Source of the DNA: Octopus vulgaris
Taxonomy: Eukaryota
Assembly: GCA_951406725.2 (NCBI GenBank)
Contig: OX597826.1
Location: forward strand, 40,858,001-40,922,000
Direction: 5' to 3'
DNA length: 64,000 bases
The position numbers were made by a program, and so were the translations under genes. Under the pieces are notes generated by a model, which searched no databases, was not told the DNA's origin, and worked only from the letters and a program-made list of their open reading frames with translations. Below are positions 58,721 to 64,000 of this stretch, piece after piece. The stretch's first letter is position 1. Every line of letters starts with the position of its first letter.

Positions 58721-58899
58721 TTGTATGGTGAACTAAAGGAAAATTAAAGCTCTATCACCTTGGCTATGAAATTTCATATGTACCTATCACTATAGGTAAC
58801 CTCAGATTTACACACAAAAAACTTGAAATGCAGGGATTTTCTAAGAAAACGCAAAAGAAACTATCGTGCATCCTTCAAATCTAATCTATTAGCGGTATT

Positions 58900-59107
58900 A
58901 CTCTTTTACTTGTTTTAGTCATTTGACTGTGGCCATGCTAGAGAACAGCCTTTAGTCGAGCAAATCGACCCCAGAACTTATTCTTTGTAAGCCTAATACT
59001 TGTTCTATCGGTCTCTTTTGCCGAACCGCTAAGTTACGAAGACGTAAACACACCAGCATCGGTTGTCAAGCGATGTTGGGGGTACAAACACAGACACACA
59101 AACATAT

Positions 59108-59162
<55 letters not shown>

Positions 59163-59321
59163 TACGACGGGCTTCTTTCAGTTTCCGTCTACCAAATCCA
59201 CCCACAAGGCTTTGGTCGGCCCGAGGCTATAGTAGAAGACACTTGCCCAAGGTGCCACGCAGTGGGACTGAACCTAGAACCATGTGGTTGGTAAGCCAGC
59301 CACTTACCACACAGCCACTCC
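58900..59321 (-). mobile_element. SINE family B, full length
   Basis: Colinear with 14686-15097. Confidence 0.85.
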
Positions 59322-59758
59322 TAGTCCTATCGCTTTGTGAAAATATGTCATTCCAAAGAATCACTATCTGAGATTCTTTAAGTGAATATATGCGCATAAT
59401 TGGCTGTGTGCATCTCCAAGGAGACCTACGTAGAAAGTAATGATGCATGCACACATGTAAACAAACACATATGCACGCTCGCGCACACAAGCACCAAGCT
59501 ATTAAACCTAAGAACACAGTGTATTAGTGCAGGTGTATGCAGCGGCATACATGCACACACTAATACTCAATTATTATATTTACAAACCCCTGGAAAATAT
59601 CGTGTTTTGTTAGGGACTGGACTGAATCTAAAGAAGAACTTAAATAAATCCCCAAAGAAAAACATATAAATAGATATAGAAATATATATGTGCGTGTGTA
59701 CGTTTGTGCGTTTGTGTTCATGCGTATGTACAGAAAGGGTTAAGTACGAGAAGGGAAT

Positions 59759-60190
<432 letters not shown>

Positions 60191-60275
60191 GGAGAGGGCG
60201 GTTAGGTGCTGCGGCTAGTAGTGAACTGAGAAAATAACATTCACAACTCTACACACACACACACACGCACACACA

Positions 60276-60345
<70 letters not shown>

Positions 60346-60809
60346 CACAAATCCAGTCCTCTATACCATACATGCACAAACAGTACGGATATAATTCACC
60401 ATATCTGCTCCTGTAGGAACTAGCGTATTTGATACTTTACAAACCACGCCCACCTTGTATGACGTCTAGGAAGCATCACCCAATGAACTCCTGGAAAACT
60501 CCCATATAGCTGGTGAAACCGCAGGTAAATATTGTTCGCAGTGATGTAAGGATAAGTGGGCGGAGTGAATCGTAGGACTACCCACATTGTAAATATTCAT
60601 TTCTTTTCGTTTCTGTGTATATGTGTTTGTATGTATATGAATTGTGTGTGTGTGCATGTGTGAGTGTTTGTATATACATATGTAAATATTTGTGATGCGA
60701 GTGAATGATTTCGTTGCATTGGGTGAGACTGTATATTACGAATATGCGTGCGTATGTGAGAGTGTATTTGTGTGTGGTCGTGTGAGTGTAAGAAAACAGG
60801 AGTGAGAAA

Positions 60810-60868
<59 letters not shown>

Positions 60869-61491
60869 TGTGTTTGTGTGTGTGCTCGCGCGCGCGCGTG
60901 TATGTATGTATGATATCTAATAAACATATCGCTAGAAACAGCCGTCCACAAATTTGTGGGCTTTGTGATACCTGCTGGTATCATAACATACTTTAACCAT
61001 GGGTCACGGCTTAACTAGCCACGCCGCTGTAATCTGACATTTATATGCCACAGGGTGCATCCTTCTGCTGTCTTCATTATTTGTAAGTGTTAAGGAGGCG
61101 AGCAGGCAGAATCGTTAGCGCGCCGGACAAAATGTTCAGCGGTATTTCATCCATCTCTACGCTCTGCGTTCAAAGTCTGCTGAGGTTGATTTCGCTTGCC
61201 ATCCTTTTGGGGTCGATGAAATGAGCACCAGTTTAAATATACACGCACTCATACACACTAACACACACATCACTATCTACCTATACAAAAAGATAGATAC
61301 ATACATACCTGCATACATGCTACGTTCACAAATGCAAAATAGAAAGTACACCCACACATGCACACACACACGTTCATGCATATATCTACATATTATATTT
61401 AATTATGTGGTGAGTGTGTGTGTGTGTCTGTGCGTGCGTGCGTGCGTGCTTGTGTGTGTGTGTGTTTGTGTGTATGTGTGTTTGTGTGTAT

Positions 61492-61577
<86 letters not shown>

Positions 61578-61639
61578 GAGATCTCTTTCTCTTTTTAATT
61601 TCAGAGTAAATTTTAACCGGTCACCAACTTGGTAGCAAG

Positions 61640-61910
61640 GTTGTGAAGAGAAGTTTCTTATTTTAACCAACCTCCTTTCAATCTTAAGAAGGTCTTTACA
61701 GATTTTTATAGTTTCAAATATTGTGATCATTTGTAGAGTATGAATTAATGATTTGCGTTCTCTCCCCAAGATCCCATGATCAGCCACACAGCTTGCTCCA
61801 GATGAGTTGGCATGTAACCTGTTGCTCCAGTAATAATGGGTATGAAACTGAAAGTACATCTAGGGTGCTGGATTTGCAAACTCGTTATCAATGGCCCATA
61901 GACGTCTTCA
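61640..61910 (-). pseudogene. R4/Dong-like endonuclease C-terminal fragment
   Basis: EDVYGPLITSLQIQHPRCTFSFIPIITGATGY resembles the YG.L...F.FIPI.G..G stretch of the 58720-58860 remnant. Confidence 0.55.
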
Positions 61911-62099
61911 TGTATGTATGTATGTATGTATGTATGTATGTATGTATGTATGTATGTATGTATGCATGTATGTTTGTATGTATGCATGCATGTATGCATG
62001 TATGCCTGTATGCGTGTATGCGTGTATGCGTGTATGTGTGTATGTATGTATGTATGTATGTATGTATGTATGTATGTATGTATGCATGTATGTATGTCA

Positions 62100-62450
62100 C
62101 TCATCTGTCTCGTTTTATGACTACGAAGATGACTCTTGAGTCCAGCTTTACTGAGGGAGGGTCTTGCACAGACACTGCATGTCAGCATCATAGGAAGACC
62201 CTTCCCATCTGGAAGTGTAACAGCGATGCCCTTCCTGACATCCCTCCTTACTTTCTCATGTGCAACTCGAGATTTCTCAAAACTGTCTGTCCCCTCGTGC
62301 ACAATCCTTCTCCACCTGCTACGATCAATAGCTATACCTTCCCATGTGTCAGGAGAGATGCAAGCATCTCTTAAGGAAGCTTTCAGCAAGTCCTTATACC
62401 TCTTTTTTTGGTTTATGTGGAGGTCGTTCTCCTTTAGCTAACTCTCCATA
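62100..62450 (-). pseudogene. RTE LINE C-terminal fragment
   Basis: RYKDLLKASLRDACISPDTWEGIAIDRSRWRRIVHEG...CSVCAR...AGLKSHLRSH. Confidence 0.8.
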
Positions 62451-62565
62451 AACTACAGCCGGCTATTACCGGTAAAGGTTTTAGTTGCCAATTCTGTACA
62501 AGACATTGTAGAAGTATGTATGTATGTATGTATGTATGTATGTATGTATGTATGTATGTATGTAT

Positions 62566-62745
62566 GCTGGACGTTATTAAGGAAGTTCTCCAGAGGATGC
62601 AGAGAAACTAGCATGGAAGTACCAGCGATGGAGAGCACTGGTAGACCTGGTCGCCTCTACGCACGACGACGCTTCTGAGACCACTAACCCGGATGACTCC
62701 AGCCCCATCAAGCAAAAGCATGAGCAACCAAGAAGCAAGCAAGCA
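62566..62745 (+). pseudogene. RTE-like LINE extreme 3' end
   Basis: EDAEKLAWKYQRWRALV motif followed by an (AAGC)n tail. Confidence 0.45.
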
Positions 62746-63542
62746 TGTATGTATGTATGTATGTATGTATGTATGTATGTATGTATGTATGTATGTATGT
62801 ATCTATGTATGTTGATATACTTCTAATCTGATATTTAGTGTTGTAACCTTATAGCATAGTTGGATGGTTGAAAGGCGACCAAGGTCGGCCACTTGAAATA
62901 CTTTACTAAGTGAGGAAGGTAAAATACAAGAACTGTCAAAGAGTGGATGAATCCTGCAAAAGAGCCAACTAATATTTAGCAACAACGAACTACTCCAGGC
63001 AGTGAACTGCCCCACTGTTAGACCATTGGGAAATGATAGACCCCTAACTTAGAAATTTCATACAGCGTAGAATAATGGAAATAATGACAAATTTTCTTTT
63101 TTTTTTTCTTTTCTTTTTTTTTTAAGATCCACTAGAATCGGGGTAAGATTTCTCAGTTAACTAAAACTCTTAATTTTCTACTGCTCTAATGTTTTAGAGG
63201 AAATCAAGGCAAACCGTCCAGTAACCAAGGATCGGAATTGAATATTTTCCTTCAAATATTTTGGCCATTATGTCTTAAATCACTGTAGGAATTTTGTCAG
63301 TTCTGTTAACTATTCTCCACACAGAGTGTTGTGCAATTCACGTTCCTGGCCAATAAAAAAAAATGGAATTGTAAGGAGGATACATTACATGAGCTATTTG
63401 AGAGTTATTTGGAAAACTTTTAGTTTAGATGGGTGGATGATAACTACGAAGGTGATCGGTCGAACAGTTGAAAACATTGTGACTGATACACGTATTCTTT
63501 AATTGTATAAAAGAAAATTATATATACATATGTGTGTGTATG

Positions 63543-63588
<46 letters not shown>

Positions 63589-63597
63589 CATGTATAA

Positions 63598-63895
63598 TCT
63601 TTATATATAAAAGTGAAGTTGTGTGTCTGTCTCCTATGATTTAGATTCGTAACTACTCCCACATTTTGCGGTGCAGTGTAACCAAAAGCGGGTATCTTAT
63701 AGTCGTGATTCATATCGAGCCCTTCTGGGTATTAGCGCGCGTCTACGATGAGTCTACGATTAAAAAAAAATTTACCATAATTTTTTCCCATTTTTAATGC
63801 AATTTTTTGCTATTATATAAGGGAAGTAACTCTCTAAAAATGCTTATATAGTTTTTTCCCTTACAAACTCGAGCAACGCCGGGCGATACTGCTAG
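63598..63895 (+). mobile_element. Non-autonomous Helitron
   Basis: A^TC 5' end (tctttatatataaaag...tgtctgtc), subterminal hairpin ctcgagcaacgccggg, 3' CTAG^T. Confidence 0.8.
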
Positions 63896-64000
63896 TGTTA
63901 TATAATTCTATATATAAGATGTTCTTTAATTGTTTTATATCATTGGTTTATTATTCTTAAATTAAAACATTGCATTTACTTCTTTTTATAATATGGAATC

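Larger units (their letters stand above)
56950..58898 (+). pseudogene. Second decayed R4/Dong-like retrotransposon carrying nested insertions
   Basis: NFHINSDTDRI, ENVTHISSSCPKI, CKHNRSDIGLW (PD motif of the restriction-like endonuclease) and YGELK...YVPITIG. Confidence 0.7.

Overview
AT-rich, microsatellite-saturated eukaryotic genomic DNA. The (TA)n/(CA)n/(TACA)n/(ATT)n load and the tRNA-derived SINE families suggest a coleoid cephalopod, probably Octopus (inference). Almost all ORFs in the supplied track are microsatellite artefacts. One real host gene is visible: the bHLH-encoding exon of a Hand (HAND2-like) gene on the minus strand (26703-26176, ending at a GTAAGT donor). The remainder is intron or flanking DNA filled with SINEs, decayed LINEs (RTE, R4/Dong-like, CR1-like, L1/Tx1-like), two mariner relics, a pogo-like MITE and non-autonomous Helitrons. 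The most notable hidden signal is a set of short, non-coding, mutually unrelated elements embedded in (TA)n tracts. They share one architecture: a fold-back inverted repeat plus a type I hammerhead ribozyme (CUGANGA...GAAAC-tetraloop-GUH, loop usually palindromic). Five hammerheads have an intact core (12252, 19443 and its inverted twin at 19204, 23488, 38998) and several more are variant or decayed. They look like a diverse population of Penelope-like or retrozyme-type ribozyme retroelements. All structures were read by eye; no folding or database search was run.
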